Counted from the stretch's first letter, positions 48,046 through 57,897 are shown. The stretch: DNA of 64,000 nt from a bacterium (GCA_965233585.1 CBDDTI010000746.1:640001-704000); one strand, 5' to 3'. A program made the numbers and translations. Notes: a model not told the origin generated them from the sequence alone.

Positions 48046-49383
48046 TTATCCACACTTCTTCGGTGTGATGTTGTTCTCTCTGGCAAATTTTGCGGCTGAT
48101 TGCTCAACCAAACCTCTGATGTAAGCAGGGTCAAGAGGGGCTTCCCAACCTGTAATCTGCTTGAACTGCTTCCCGTCCCATTGCATGACGGCAAACTTAC
48201 CAGCTCCCTCATGGTTTTCACACGAGATTGCAAAAGGGGCAACCATTCCTTTAATGCCAATTTCTGCAAGACGACTTTCCGTCATGTTGAGTGCTTCATA
48301 ACCGTCTCTAAATTCTGCACCTGTGACTGCTTTACCTTCTTTGTTATGTATCCTTTGTGCGTTTTTCAGGGCTTCTATCCACATCACAGCGGCACCTAAT
48401 CCACGGTTCCAGTAAACTGAACCAAGACGACTCTCATCTGCTAGATTCCCTTTGCCTGCACCATACACTTGGTCTTTAATTTTTTTCACCAAAGGAAAGT
48501 TGTCTCCGGGCAAAGCATTGGCAACGGCATAAGTCCCAACTGCAGATTTGCCAGCAGGATACATATCTTCTTCTGCTGCACCAAAAGTGACGTAAATCAT
48601 GCGATCTCTTGGGAAACCAACACGAGCGGCATTGGTCATTGCAGTAGAGTTCATACCTGAACCTGCTCCCCAGAACGTAACCCAATCAGGTCGTTCTCTT
48701 CTGATTTGCAACCATTGAGATTGCTGTTCTAGTCCAGGTGGAGGAATAGAAATTTCAACCAATTTGACGCCCCAATCAGAAGTGATTTTTCTCATGGCTG
48801 GCAAAGGTTCGCGACCGTAGGCAGAATCAATGTGAAGGTGGACAATTTTTTTGCCTTTCATCTTATCCACTCCTCCTTCAATTTCAGCCATGAACTTTAA
48901 CTTGACTGCAATTTGAGACCAGTAATGACTAGCGGCATTAAAAACCCAAGGCCAGACCCTGCCGTCAGCGCCATCTGTCCTACCATATCCGTATTGTGCC
49001 AAAACGACATTGTCCTCTGCCATACGATTGATGACAGCATAAGCCCCCGGTGTGCCAAGAGTGTCAAAGACCACAATTCTTTGTCCATCTTTTTCAAGCA
49101 AACGTTGATAGCATTCAACTGTCTTGACAGCGTTGTACTCAGTTTCACATTCCTGCCATGTGAGCATCACACCATTGACTCCACCATTCATGTTGATGTA
49201 GTTCATGTAGTCTATTTGGGCACCATAATACCCAGTCCCCATCGCTGAATAAGGACCAACCCGACTACTGGCTATTGGGAAGTATTGCACCTCTTCACCA
49301 AAGGTGACGGGTGTTAATACGAAAGCAGGACACCCTACCATCGCAAGCATTGAAAACAGGTAACGAAAAGATCTTTTAATCAT
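48046..49383 (-). CDS. ABC substrate-binding protein, type I periplasmic (Liv-like) fold
   Basis: Signal peptide; R.GPY, GGVNGV, ECETEYN, DG.V.PW.F, DSAYGREP, EQQSQW.QIRR, WNRG; strong RBS AAGGAG. Confidence 0.9.
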   Translation of the reverse strand: MIKRSFRYLFSMLAMVGCPAFVLTPVTFGEEVQYFPIASSRVGPYSAMGTGYYGAQIDYMNYINMNGGVNGVMLTWQECETEYNAVKTVECYQRLLEKDGQRIVVFDTLGTPGAYAVINRMAEDNVVLAQYGYGRTDGADGRVWPWVFNAASHYWSQIAVKLKFMAEIEGGVDKMKGKKIVHLHIDSAYGREPLPAMRKITSDWGVKLVEISIPPPGLEQQSQWLQIRRERPDWVTFWGAGSGMNSTAMTNAARVGFPRDRMIYVTFGAAEEDMYPAGKSAVGTYAVANALPGDNFPLVKKIKDQVYGAGKGNLADESRLGSVYWNRGLGAAVMWIEALKNAQRIHNKEGKAVTGAEFRDGYEALNMTESRLAEIGIKGMVAPFAISCENHEGAGKFAVMQWDGKQFKQITGWEAPLDPAYIRGLVEQSAAKFARENNITPKKCG

Positions 49384-49438
49384 GGTCTAACTCCTTAAAG
49401 TATGTTTGAAAGACGACGCAATCCACTGGTTTTTTCAT
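49376..49438 (-). CDS. Putative 20-aa leader peptide MKKPVDCVVFQTYFKELDHD overlapping the SBP start
   Basis: AGGAG RBS 10 nt upstream of its ATG; it runs across the SBP RBS and stops just after the SBP ATG. Confidence 0.3.
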   Translation of the reverse strand: MKKPVDCVVFQTYFKELDHD

Positions 49439-49477
49439 ATTTATTTGCTCCTATAAATGATGATTTTGATGTGGCAA

Positions 49478-49935
49478 CCACTGCCATTCTGTTTTTTCAT
49501 ATTCACTCTCTCCCCAGTCAAGAATCAAGTCCATGAAAAAAACTGGGTGCAGTCTGACACTCATCTTGAAACCTGTCAAGGTTTTTTTAAGCCCAAGAAC
49601 AAATCAAGTTTTTTTAAGTTCAAGAACAGAAGTGCCAAGAGACCACTGCCTCCATTTTGTTTTTCCACACGCACCCCCTCCCTAGTCAAGAATCAAGTCT
49701 ATGAAAAAAACTGGGCGTAGTCTGACACTCATCTTGAAACCTGTCAAGGTTTTTTTAAGCCCAAGAACAAATCAAGTTTTTTCAAGTTCAAGAACAGAAG
49801 TGCCAAGAGACCACTGCCTCCATTTTGTTTTTCCACACGCACTCTTTCCCTAGTCAAGAATCAAGTCCATGAAAAAAACTGGGTGCAGTCTGACACTTAT
49901 CTCAAAACCTGTCAAGTTTTTTTTAAGCCCAAGAA
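49478..49935. repeat. Tandem repeat, 168-bp period, about 2.7 copies
   Basis: AGTCAAGAATCAAGT at 49516, 49684, 49852; TGTCAAG at 49574, 49742, 49910; copies nearly identical. Confidence 0.95.
49551..49915 (-). promoter_or_regulatory. Three putative sigma70 promoters (49551-49579, 49719-49747, 49887-49915) facing the ABC-fdh operon
   Basis: Each reads on the minus strand: A-tract, TTGACA, N17 ending TGT, CAGACT, GC-rich discriminator. Confidence 0.6.
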
Positions 49936-50129
49936 TAAAAGGGGGTAAGAAGTGGGTTTGATATAGATGAGAAGATTGTTGGTGTTATTGGTAAAAACAA
50001 GAGAGGCACTAGCTTTTGCAAGGAGATACCCAAAATCTCTGAACATATTTTTTTGGATTATTGACTTGACAATGATTTCTAAATGTTGAAAATATAGCGT
50101 TTTTGTCTCACTCTCAACTAAAGGTTATT

Positions 50130-51221
50130 ATGAAAAGAAGAGATTTTTTGAAAAAGGCAGGTGTGGGGTCTGCTGTGGCAGGTGTGGCTCTTTCTGCAGC
50201 TCCTGCTGTTCATGCCAAAAAAACACGTCGTTGGAAAATGGTGACGACTTGGCCTAAAAACTTTCCAGGTCTAGGCACAGGTGCAAACCACCTTGCAAAG
50301 CTCATTACGGAGCTGACGGGTGGTGAAATTAAGGTCAAAGTTTATGGAGCAGGTGAGCTTGTTCCCGCACTTGGTATCTTTGACGCTGTTTCGCAAGGGA
50401 CTGCACAAATGGGGCATGGTGCTTCTTACTATTGGAAGGGCAAGCACCCTGCGACACAGTTTTTTGCAACAGTCCCTTTCGGTCTAAATGCTGATGAAAT
50501 GATTGGCTGGATCAAGCACGGCGGTGCTCAAAAACTCTGGGACGAACTTTACGCTGATTTTAATTTGAAACCTTTTGCAGTAGGTAACACAGGCGTTCAA
50601 ATGGGAGGCTGGTTTAATAAAGAAATCAACTCTGTTTCAGATTATAAGGGTTTGAAGATGCGCATGCCTGGACTTGGTGGGGAAGTCATCAAAAGAGCTG
50701 GAGCCACTGTTGTTTTATTGCCCGGTGGTGAACTGTTTCAAGCATTACAATCGGGAACGATAGATGCGACAGAATGGGTCGGACCTTATAATGATCTGGC
50801 TTTTGGGTTTCATAAAGCTGCAAAGTATTATTATTGGCCCGGGTGGCATGAACCGGGAACTGTGCTTGAAGCATTTGTGAACCGTGAAGCATACGAAGAC
50901 CTTCCCAAAAATCTGCAAGCAATCGTTTCTGCTGCATGTGATTCTGCTTACTTAGACATGTTTGCAGACTTCACAGCACGTAACAATTCCTCTCTTGAGA
51001 CGCTCGTTAATAAACATGGCGTGCAACTCAGAGAATTTTCTGACGATATTCTTAAAACAATGGGAGAACTCAGTAGAGATGTGGTGGCAGAAGCTGGAGA
51101 ATATGACTCACTTAGTAAAAAAGTCTATGACTCTTTTGCTAAGTTTCAAGTGGATTCTGTCGCATGGAATCGCCTTGGGGATCAAGGATTTTCCATAGCT
51201 CGTGCTTTGACATACATCTGA
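50130..51221 (+). CDS. dctP: TRAP substrate-binding protein (TakP/2-oxoacid-binding-like) with Tat signal
   Basis: KRRDFLKK Tat motif; WKMVTTWPK, SYYW.GK, GNTG.QMGGWF, LKMRMPGLGG, EWVGPY.D. Confidence 0.9.
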   Translation: MKRRDFLKKAGVGSAVAGVALSAAPAVHAKKTRRWKMVTTWPKNFPGLGTGANHLAKLITELTGGEIKVKVYGAGELVPALGIFDAVSQGTAQMGHGASYYWKGKHPATQFFATVPFGLNADEMIGWIKHGGAQKLWDELYADFNLKPFAVGNTGVQMGGWFNKEINSVSDYKGLKMRMPGLGGEVIKRAGATVVLLPGGELFQALQSGTIDATEWVGPYNDLAFGFHKAAKYYYWPGWHEPGTVLEAFVNREAYEDLPKNLQAIVSAACDSAYLDMFADFTARNNSSLETLVNKHGVQLREFSDDILKTMGELSRDVVAEAGEYDSLSKKVYDSFAKFQVDSVAWNRLGDQGFSIARALTYI

Positions 51222-51239
51222 TAGCTGTGCTAAACAGAC

Positions 51240-51268
51240 ACCAGATGACTGCTTTTCAGTCATCTGGT
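51240..51268 (+). terminator. Perfect 12-bp stem-loop after dctP (stabiliser or attenuating terminator)
   Basis: ACCAGATGACTG-CTTTT-CAGTCATCTGGT. Confidence 0.6.
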
Positions 51269-51360
51269 CTAGTGTGCGGTGTTCACCCTTGATTGTTGTC
51301 AATCAAAAATAAGTTACCAATCAAAATAAGATGACTCACCTTTTTCAAATTCATTAATTT

Positions 51361-51990
51361 ATGTTGCAGGCAGCGGCCAGTTCTAAGATGCCCTCTTCGT
51401 TTGTCATCAATTTGGACAGATACATCATCAAAGACGTCTGTTCCAAGATTGATCGTGTGAATGAAAAGCTGGGAGAGTTTCTTTCGTGGTGTCTCTTGGC
51501 GATGATTATCATCACGTTTATCGTGGTGCTTTTCCGTTATTTTTTGAATACGGGTTGGGTGTGGATGCAGGAGTCTGTCATGTATTTACACGGCATCGCC
51601 TTCACGATTCCTGCTGCTTATTCTTTTTTAAAGGAGGCACACGTTCGTGTTGATGTGCTATACAGCCAAGTTGATTTTGAAAAACGTGCGTTTTGCAACA
51701 TTGCAGGGACGGTTTTGTTTCTCATTCCAACTTGTCTGCTGACCATCTACTACGGATTCCCTTACGTCTTAGATTCGTGGCTTAATTTGGAAGACTCGCA
51801 GGAGGCAGGAGGGATTCCAGCAGTCTTTCTTTTGAAGTCACTCACCATCATTTTTCCTTTCTTTTTGATGTTGCAAGGGATTTCTAAACTTTTAAATAAT
51901 GTCTTTTATTTGCTTTGTTCTCGTAGCTTCCCAGATGAAGAAAAAGTTAACAGAGCATGCACAGCAGGAATTATAAAAGATGAAAAATAG
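51361..51990 (+). CDS. dctQ: TRAP small permease DctQ
   Basis: QE...YL, HVRVDVLY, E.S.EAGG; start may be further downstream. Confidence 0.88.
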   Translation: MLQAAASSKMPSSFVINLDRYIIKDVCSKIDRVNEKLGEFLSWCLLAMIIITFIVVLFRYFLNTGWVWMQESVMYLHGIAFTIPAAYSFLKEAHVRVDVLYSQVDFEKRAFCNIAGTVLFLIPTCLLTIYYGFPYVLDSWLNLEDSQEAGGIPAVFLLKSLTIIFPFFLMLQGISKLLNNVFYLLCSRSFPDEEKVNRACTAGIIKDEK

Positions 51991-53455
51991 CCTCTTCATC
52001 GCTTTTGCGGCGATTAGTGCATTGACTATCTTTGCAGTTTTGCCATTGGGTTTTCATTTTGCTGAAGATGAGTTTTATCCCTTCGTGGCAATTATCATGT
52101 TTTTTGTGGCATTTTTCATTGTCTTGCTGGGTTACCCTGTTGCCTTTAGTCTTGCAGGAACAGGAGTTCTTTTTGCTTTGGTCGGAAGCGTTTTTGACGT
52201 CTTTGATTTAAGTATTCTTGCTGCATTTCCGCAACGGGTGATGGGAGTCATTGGAAATGGACCTTTGATGGCAATCCCTCTTTTTATTTTCATGGGAGTT
52301 GTCCTAGAACGTTCTGACATATCAACTGAATTGTTAGAATCTATGGGGACGTTGTTCGGGAAGGTGAGAGGAGGATTAGGAATTTCTGTTTGTGTGGTTG
52401 GGGCATTATTGGCGGCATCAACTGGCATTGTGGGTGCAACGGTGGTAACGATGGGGTTGATTTCACTACCAACCATGTTGCGCTATCGTTACAATCCCAT
52501 TCTGGCAAGTGGGATTATTACGGCATCAGGAACTTTGGGGCAAATCATTCCGCCCAGTATTGTCTTGATTGTTTTAAGTGATGTTGTCAACTCTGCTTAT
52601 CAGCAAGCACAGTTGAATGCGGGAAACTTTTCACCTCGTTCCATTTCTGTTGGTGATTTGTTTGTCGGGGCATTGGTGCCGGGCTTAGTGCTAGTCTCTT
52701 TGTACATTTTGTATGTGGTTCTTGTCGCAATCTTTTTTCCCAAATCTGCACCTCCTGTTGAAGAATCTGAGAAACTAGACAAAGCCTTAATTGTCAAGTT
52801 ACTGAAGGGGCTGGTTCCTTCCTTGCTTTTAATTGTTGGAGTTTTAGGGTCAATTTTACTTGGGATTGCAACTCCGACAGAAGCCGCATCGGTTGGCTGT
52901 GTGGGGGCATTGTTGCTTGCCTTTTTAAAGAAAAAGCTGACATACGAAATGATTCAAAGTGTTCTCAAATCAACACTCAATGTGAACTGCATGGTGTTCA
53001 TCATCATTTTGGGTAGTAGTATGTTCTCGCTTGTTTTCAGGGGGTATGAGGGAGAAGAATACGTGACAGAGCTTTTGCAATCATTACCCGGTGGGGTCTT
53101 TGCGGCATTGTTGGGAGTGATGTTGCTCATTTTTATTATGGGCTTTTTCCTAGATTTTTTTGAGATTATCTTTGTTGTGATTCCTGTAGTTGGTCCTGTT
53201 CTGCTAGCAATGGACATTGACCCAATTTGGTTTGCGATTCTGATTGCAGTGAATCTACAAACGTCTTTTTTGACCCCTCCTTTTGGCTTTTCTCTTTTTT
53301 ATTTGAGGGGTGTTGCACCGCCTAGTGTAACAACAGCCCATATTTACTTAGGAGCCGTCCCCTTCATCATCATTCAGATTCTTGTCATTTGTCTTTTGTG
53401 GAATGTGCCAGAACTGGCAACATGGCTACCTGAATTGATTTATGGGAAGTCATGA
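51980..53455 (+). CDS. dctM: TRAP large permease DctM
   Basis: GYPVAFSL, AIPLFIFMG..LE, STGIVGATV, GTLGQIIPPS, NLQTSFLTPPFG. Confidence 0.92.
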   Translation: MKNSLFIAFAAISALTIFAVLPLGFHFAEDEFYPFVAIIMFFVAFFIVLLGYPVAFSLAGTGVLFALVGSVFDVFDLSILAAFPQRVMGVIGNGPLMAIPLFIFMGVVLERSDISTELLESMGTLFGKVRGGLGISVCVVGALLAASTGIVGATVVTMGLISLPTMLRYRYNPILASGIITASGTLGQIIPPSIVLIVLSDVVNSAYQQAQLNAGNFSPRSISVGDLFVGALVPGLVLVSLYILYVVLVAIFFPKSAPPVEESEKLDKALIVKLLKGLVPSLLLIVGVLGSILLGIATPTEAASVGCVGALLLAFLKKKLTYEMIQSVLKSTLNVNCMVFIIILGSSMFSLVFRGYEGEEYVTELLQSLPGGVFAALLGVMLLIFIMGFFLDFFEIIFVVIPVVGPVLLAMDIDPIWFAILIAVNLQTSFLTPPFGFSLFYLRGVAPPSVTTAHIYLGAVPFIIIQILVICLLWNVPELATWLPELIYGKS

Positions 53456-54861
53456 CGTTTGCGTATTCTCTTCTTGAGATTGCACAAGCCCTTCATAGCC
53501 CAACCAAAGTTATTGACAATTCCCAAGTCATCACTAGTTTTGCCATTGATTCACGTCAAGTGAGTCAGGGCGGGTTGTTTTTTTGTATCAAAGGTGACAG
53601 AACTGATGGACATCTCTACGCCAAACAAGCCATGCAGAATGGAGCAAGCTACTGCGTTGCAAATCCAAATGTGCTTAAACAATACTTCCCTAATCTTGAA
53701 TTACCCTGCATCTCGGTTGATGACCCAAATCAAGCTCTCATGGAATTTGGAGCATTTCATCGCAATCATTTAAAAGATTCTGCCCAAGTTGTTGGAATTA
53801 CAGGGAGTGCAGGCAAAACAAGCATGAAAAATACATTGATGAGCTTGTGTAAGAACTTACCTGTCAGTGGAACACTTAAAAACTTCAACAATTTTGTTGG
53901 CACACCCATTTCAATCCTTCATGCGAAATTAGATGATGATTTTTGGTTTGTTGAAATGGGGACAAATCAGCATGGCGAGATTGCAACCCTTTCAAAGATG
54001 GTCAAACCTCATTTTTGCATCATTACAAGCATTGGAGAGGCTCATTTAGAGTTTTTGGGAAACACCGAAAATGTTGCTAGAGAAAAGGCATCAATCATTG
54101 AGGGAATGGCATCAGATGGAATCCTTCTTGTTCCTGAAGACCTCAAGCATCTTGACCTTGTCAAAGAGATTGCTAGTGCCAGAACAGTTGATACTTACGG
54201 AAAATCTCCCCAAGCTGATTATCAAATAGAACATTTGCAAACCAACAAAGAAAGCACCACTTTTAAGATTTCTGGGCAACATTTTATCACTCCAGCTACA
54301 AATCCTCTTGCACTTGAAAATTTGGTTGGGGCATTGGCAGCGCTACGTTCATTGGGACTTTCTTGGCAAGACCTGAAACATCAAGCACAAAATTTCAACA
54401 TTCAAGAACAAGGCAGAATGCACTCCATGCAGATTGGACACTGGACTGTGATTGATAGCACTTACAATTCCAATCCTTGTTCATTGAAAAAAGTTGTTGA
54501 TAGTCTCAAAGCCATGTATCCTCAACGCAGATTGATTGCCATTTTAGGAGAGATGGCAGAATTAGGAGAACAAGCAGTTACTTTGCATCAAGAATGCGGG
54601 GATTACCTTGCAAAGCATGATGTTGCCATTTTGGCATTGGGTCAGGATTTGGCTGAGGCGTATATCAAAGGACAATCTCAAGCTCAACAAAAAGCACCTG
54701 CAAAATTTTTTCAGAAGCTAGAAGATTTGACAGAATACCTTTTACAACTCTCACCACCTACATCAAAAAATGACATCATTCTTGTCAAAGGGTCTCTGTC
54801 CTCATCAATGGACAGAGTGATTGAGTCGCTCAGTCATATTGCAGAGTCAATAGACAAATAG
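53452..54861 (+). CDS. murF: UDP-MurNAc-tripeptide:D-Ala-D-Ala ligase
   Basis: IDSR, GITGSAGKTS, NFNN..G.P, EMG, AHLE, D.YNSNP, GEMAELG, KGS; ATGA overlap with dctM. Confidence 0.92.
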   Translation: MTFAYSLLEIAQALHSPTKVIDNSQVITSFAIDSRQVSQGGLFFCIKGDRTDGHLYAKQAMQNGASYCVANPNVLKQYFPNLELPCISVDDPNQALMEFGAFHRNHLKDSAQVVGITGSAGKTSMKNTLMSLCKNLPVSGTLKNFNNFVGTPISILHAKLDDDFWFVEMGTNQHGEIATLSKMVKPHFCIITSIGEAHLEFLGNTENVAREKASIIEGMASDGILLVPEDLKHLDLVKEIASARTVDTYGKSPQADYQIEHLQTNKESTTFKISGQHFITPATNPLALENLVGALAALRSLGLSWQDLKHQAQNFNIQEQGRMHSMQIGHWTVIDSTYNSNPCSLKKVVDSLKAMYPQRRLIAILGEMAELGEQAVTLHQECGDYLAKHDVAILALGQDLAEAYIKGQSQAQQKAPAKFFQKLEDLTEYLLQLSPPTSKNDIILVKGSLSSSMDRVIESLSHIAESIDK

Positions 54862-54921
54862 CCGAAGGACTCAAATAACCTTGAATTTATTGATAATTTC
54901 TTGTTTGAAGACGTTTTGAAG

Positions 54922-55683
54922 ATGAAAAAGAATTTGAAGAATTTGACGTTCGGACTCTTGCTTGTTTGGGGTTTCGTTGTTCCTCAAACGGTGTCAGCTC
55001 AATTGATGGCAGTTTTACAGCAAGACATAGGGCAACAAGCACTTTATGATTTGCAACATGTTGACCCTCAAAAGCGAATTGTTGCCATGCAAATTTTTTT
55101 AGACCGACCACAGCTTTTAGCACCATGGATCCGTTTAGCACTTGGCAAGGCAGAGCATCAACCTTCTCATCTCAAATTATTGTGGCTACTTGGCATGACA
55201 GGGAATGTCAACGATGTTCCTAAATTGCTTAAATTGAAACCTGAAAGGGAAAATTCATACGAATTTCGCATTTGGAAGGGAGCAATGCAAAGGCTTTCAC
55301 AGATTCAAAGAGGGCAGTCTGAACTTGGCATCAGCATTCAAGAAATGACATTCACCCCTTATTCTCAAGGCAATCAACAAAATTCTTACAAAGGTCAACT
55401 GACTTATCAACTGAGCAACGAACTTACAGAAGGACGTCTCATTCAGGTGCAAATGAGAGTCTGGTACGCCAAGCTGGAAAAAAAGAGACCTATGTTTTTT
55501 TTGTGGCTTCCCAAGCAAGGTAAGCTCAAGCAGGATTTGCCTGTTCATCTCATTTTTGAGCCAAACCAAACACAGCAACCAGTCAATCCAACTCGTCAGT
55601 TTCGTATAGATTTAAGCGTTGGAGAAGTCGGCTACCCTGAAAATGTCGTGCATCAAAAGCTATGGAAAACCGTGCCGTTTTGA
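54922..55683 (+). CDS. Hypothetical exported protein with HEAT-like N-terminal helices
   Basis: Signal peptide VSA-Q; helical then beta-rich region. Confidence 0.55.
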   Translation: MKKNLKNLTFGLLLVWGFVVPQTVSAQLMAVLQQDIGQQALYDLQHVDPQKRIVAMQIFLDRPQLLAPWIRLALGKAEHQPSHLKLLWLLGMTGNVNDVPKLLKLKPERENSYEFRIWKGAMQRLSQIQRGQSELGISIQEMTFTPYSQGNQQNSYKGQLTYQLSNELTEGRLIQVQMRVWYAKLEKKRPMFFLWLPKQGKLKQDLPVHLIFEPNQTQQPVNPTRQFRIDLSVGEVGYPENVVHQKLWKTVPF

Positions 55684-56420
55684 ATTTTGAGTCAAAAATT
55701 GCACTCATCACGGGTGCAAGCCAACGGATTGGTCAAGCCATTGCTGTGACTCTTGCTCACTTTGGAATGCGAGTAGCCATTCATTATTGCCATTCCAAAA
55801 AACAAGCAAACCAGACGTTGGACTCTTTAGCTGCTGCTGAAAATTTTCATCAGATTTTTCAAGCAGATTTGTCTCAAGTTTGTCAAATCAAAAATTTAGT
55901 CACTGACATTGAATCAAAAATGGGGTGCATCTCTGTTTTGGTAAACAATGCCGCAGTTTTTTATCCAACACCTTTTGAAGAAACGACACAAGAGCAGTGG
56001 GAGCATTTTCAAAACGTCAATTTAAAAGCACCATTCTTTTTAGCACAGGCTGTGGCAAAGTCCATGCTTGCAATAGATGGTGGGCAAATCATTAACATTG
56101 CTGACTGCAACCTTCAAAGACCTGCCAAACGTTTCATTCCCTATGCTGTTTCAAAGTCAGGGTTGCTCACTCTCAATGCGGGATTAGCCAAAGTTTTAGC
56201 CCCAAAAATCAAAGTGAATGCCATTGCCCCGGGGCCTTCTACTGCTGAATCTTCATGTGCGGAACAGTTAAACGAGCTTCCAAATACACGAGCTGAGCAA
56301 ACTCTACTTCAAAAAGTAGGTTCTCCCCAAAACATTGCAAATGCCGTATTATATTTGCTACAAAATGATTTCATCACAGGTTCTGTTTTGACAGTTGATG
56401 GTGGTGCTTCTTTAAAATAG
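55662..56420 (+). CDS. SDR, pteridine reductase/FolM-like
   Basis: ITGASQRIG, IHY, VNNAA, Y..SK, VNAIAPG, VDGG. Confidence 0.8.
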   Translation: MENRAVLNFESKIALITGASQRIGQAIAVTLAHFGMRVAIHYCHSKKQANQTLDSLAAAENFHQIFQADLSQVCQIKNLVTDIESKMGCISVLVNNAAVFYPTPFEETTQEQWEHFQNVNLKAPFFLAQAVAKSMLAIDGGQIINIADCNLQRPAKRFIPYAVSKSGLLTLNAGLAKVLAPKIKVNAIAPGPSTAESSCAEQLNELPNTRAEQTLLQKVGSPQNIANAVLYLLQNDFITGSVLTVDGGASLK

Positions 56421-56430
56421 GGAAAAACTT

Positions 56431-57807
56431 ATGCTTTGCAGTGTTTTTGAGATTTTTAAGATAGGGGTAGGACCTTCCAGCTCTCACACCATGGGTCCAA
56501 TGAGTGCGTCCGTTAGATTTTTAGAGGAACTGAAACAATTCAAGCTATTTGAAAGTGTCACAAAAATAAAAGTGACGCTTTATGGGTCGCTAGCATGCAC
56601 AGGACGAGGTCATGCAACAGACATTGCAATTTTAATAGGGCTTTTGGGATTCCTGCCAAAAACAGCACCGATTGACCAAATTCCCAAATTGATTGCAACC
56701 ATACGAAAATCTAAAACTCTTCAACTAAACTCTGAAAAATGGATTGAATTTTCAGAAAAATCAGATTTAATTTTCGCAGAAACAGAGTTTTTAGAAGGAC
56801 ACCCCAACGGTATGTGCTTCACAGCATTTTGTGAAAAGCAACAAAAGTTGTATTCCTGTATTTATTATTCTATCGGTGGGGGTTTTGTCGTTTCTGAAGA
56901 AGAGTTAAAACAGGACAAGACAGGGCAGGAACAACATGACGTCCGCTTGCCTTATCCATTCAAAAATGGAAAAGACATTTTAGAAACAGGTCAAAGGTTT
57001 GGCAAAAGTCTTTTGGAAATGGCTTTGGAAAACGAACTAACTTTAAGACCTCAAGAGCAAATCAATCAGATGCTTGATGAGATTTGGCAAGCGATGAGTC
57101 AGTGTATTCAGAGGGGAATCAAGCAAGAAGGTATTTTGCCGGGGGGGCTAGGAATACCAAGACGGGCGCCTACACTACTGAAAAAACTACAAGAAGAAGT
57201 CAACCTTCTACTTCCTAAACAGATGGATTGGCTCAGCCTATATGCCATCGCAGTCAACGAAGAAAATGCAGGTGGCGGACGGGTTGTGACATCACCAACG
57301 AATGGTGCTGCTGGAGTTGTGCCTGCAACCTTGCAATATTACATGAATTTTTGTGAGTCGGCATCAGCTGAAAAGGCTCGTGAATTTTTACTTGTTGCAG
57401 GAGTGATTGGGGCATTGATCAAGCTCAATGGCTCTATTTCTGGTGCAGAGGTTGGTTGTCAAGGAGAAGTTGGGTCTGCAAGTGCGATGGCGGCGGCTGG
57501 GTTGACTCATGTGTTGGGTGGCTCAAACGAACAAATTGAAAATGCAGCTGAAATTGCATTGGAGCATCATCTAGGTATGACTTGCGACCCAATCGGTGGA
57601 CTGGTGCAAGCACCTTGTATTGAACGCAATGCAATGGGTGCTGTCAAGGCAGTTAATGCGGTCTCGCTGGCTTTAAAAGGGGGAGGGGTTCATCTTGTCC
57701 CTCTTGACGTTGCCATCAAAACGATGATGGACGTGGGAAAAGACATGCAAACAAAGTATAAAGAAACTTCACAAGGTGGGCTGGCTGTTAATATTATTGA
57801 ATGTTGA
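56431..57807 (+). CDS. sdaA: L-serine ammonia-lyase (Fe-S dependent)
   Basis: KIGVGPSSSHTMGPM, YGSLA.TG.GH.TD, VNEENA.GG, SGAEVGCQGEVG, LGMTCDP..GLVQ.PCIERN. Confidence 0.95.
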   Translation: MLCSVFEIFKIGVGPSSSHTMGPMSASVRFLEELKQFKLFESVTKIKVTLYGSLACTGRGHATDIAILIGLLGFLPKTAPIDQIPKLIATIRKSKTLQLNSEKWIEFSEKSDLIFAETEFLEGHPNGMCFTAFCEKQQKLYSCIYYSIGGGFVVSEEELKQDKTGQEQHDVRLPYPFKNGKDILETGQRFGKSLLEMALENELTLRPQEQINQMLDEIWQAMSQCIQRGIKQEGILPGGLGIPRRAPTLLKKLQEEVNLLLPKQMDWLSLYAIAVNEENAGGGRVVTSPTNGAAGVVPATLQYYMNFCESASAEKAREFLLVAGVIGALIKLNGSISGAEVGCQGEVGSASAMAAAGLTHVLGGSNEQIENAAEIALEHHLGMTCDPIGGLVQAPCIERNAMGAVKAVNAVSLALKGGGVHLVPLDVAIKTMMDVGKDMQTKYKETSQGGLAVNIIEC

Positions 57808-57897
57808 CCAAAACTTTCTTCAAACTAAAGACAATTAATCTTTTAATTTAGATTTTTCAAGTGACAAGATGAGATTGGGAAAAATATTTAAATACTT

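Noticed and set aside
49457..49720. 87-aa plus-strand ORF across the 168-bp repeats
   Set aside because: Broken by a TAG in copy 2 where copies 1 and 3 read CAG, no family resemblance; the promoter reading explains the conserved elements better.
49384..50129. Riboswitch or structured ncRNA in the divergent intergenic region
   Set aside because: No recognisable aptamer consensus or terminator/antiterminator pair by eye; an Rfam scan would be needed to exclude it.
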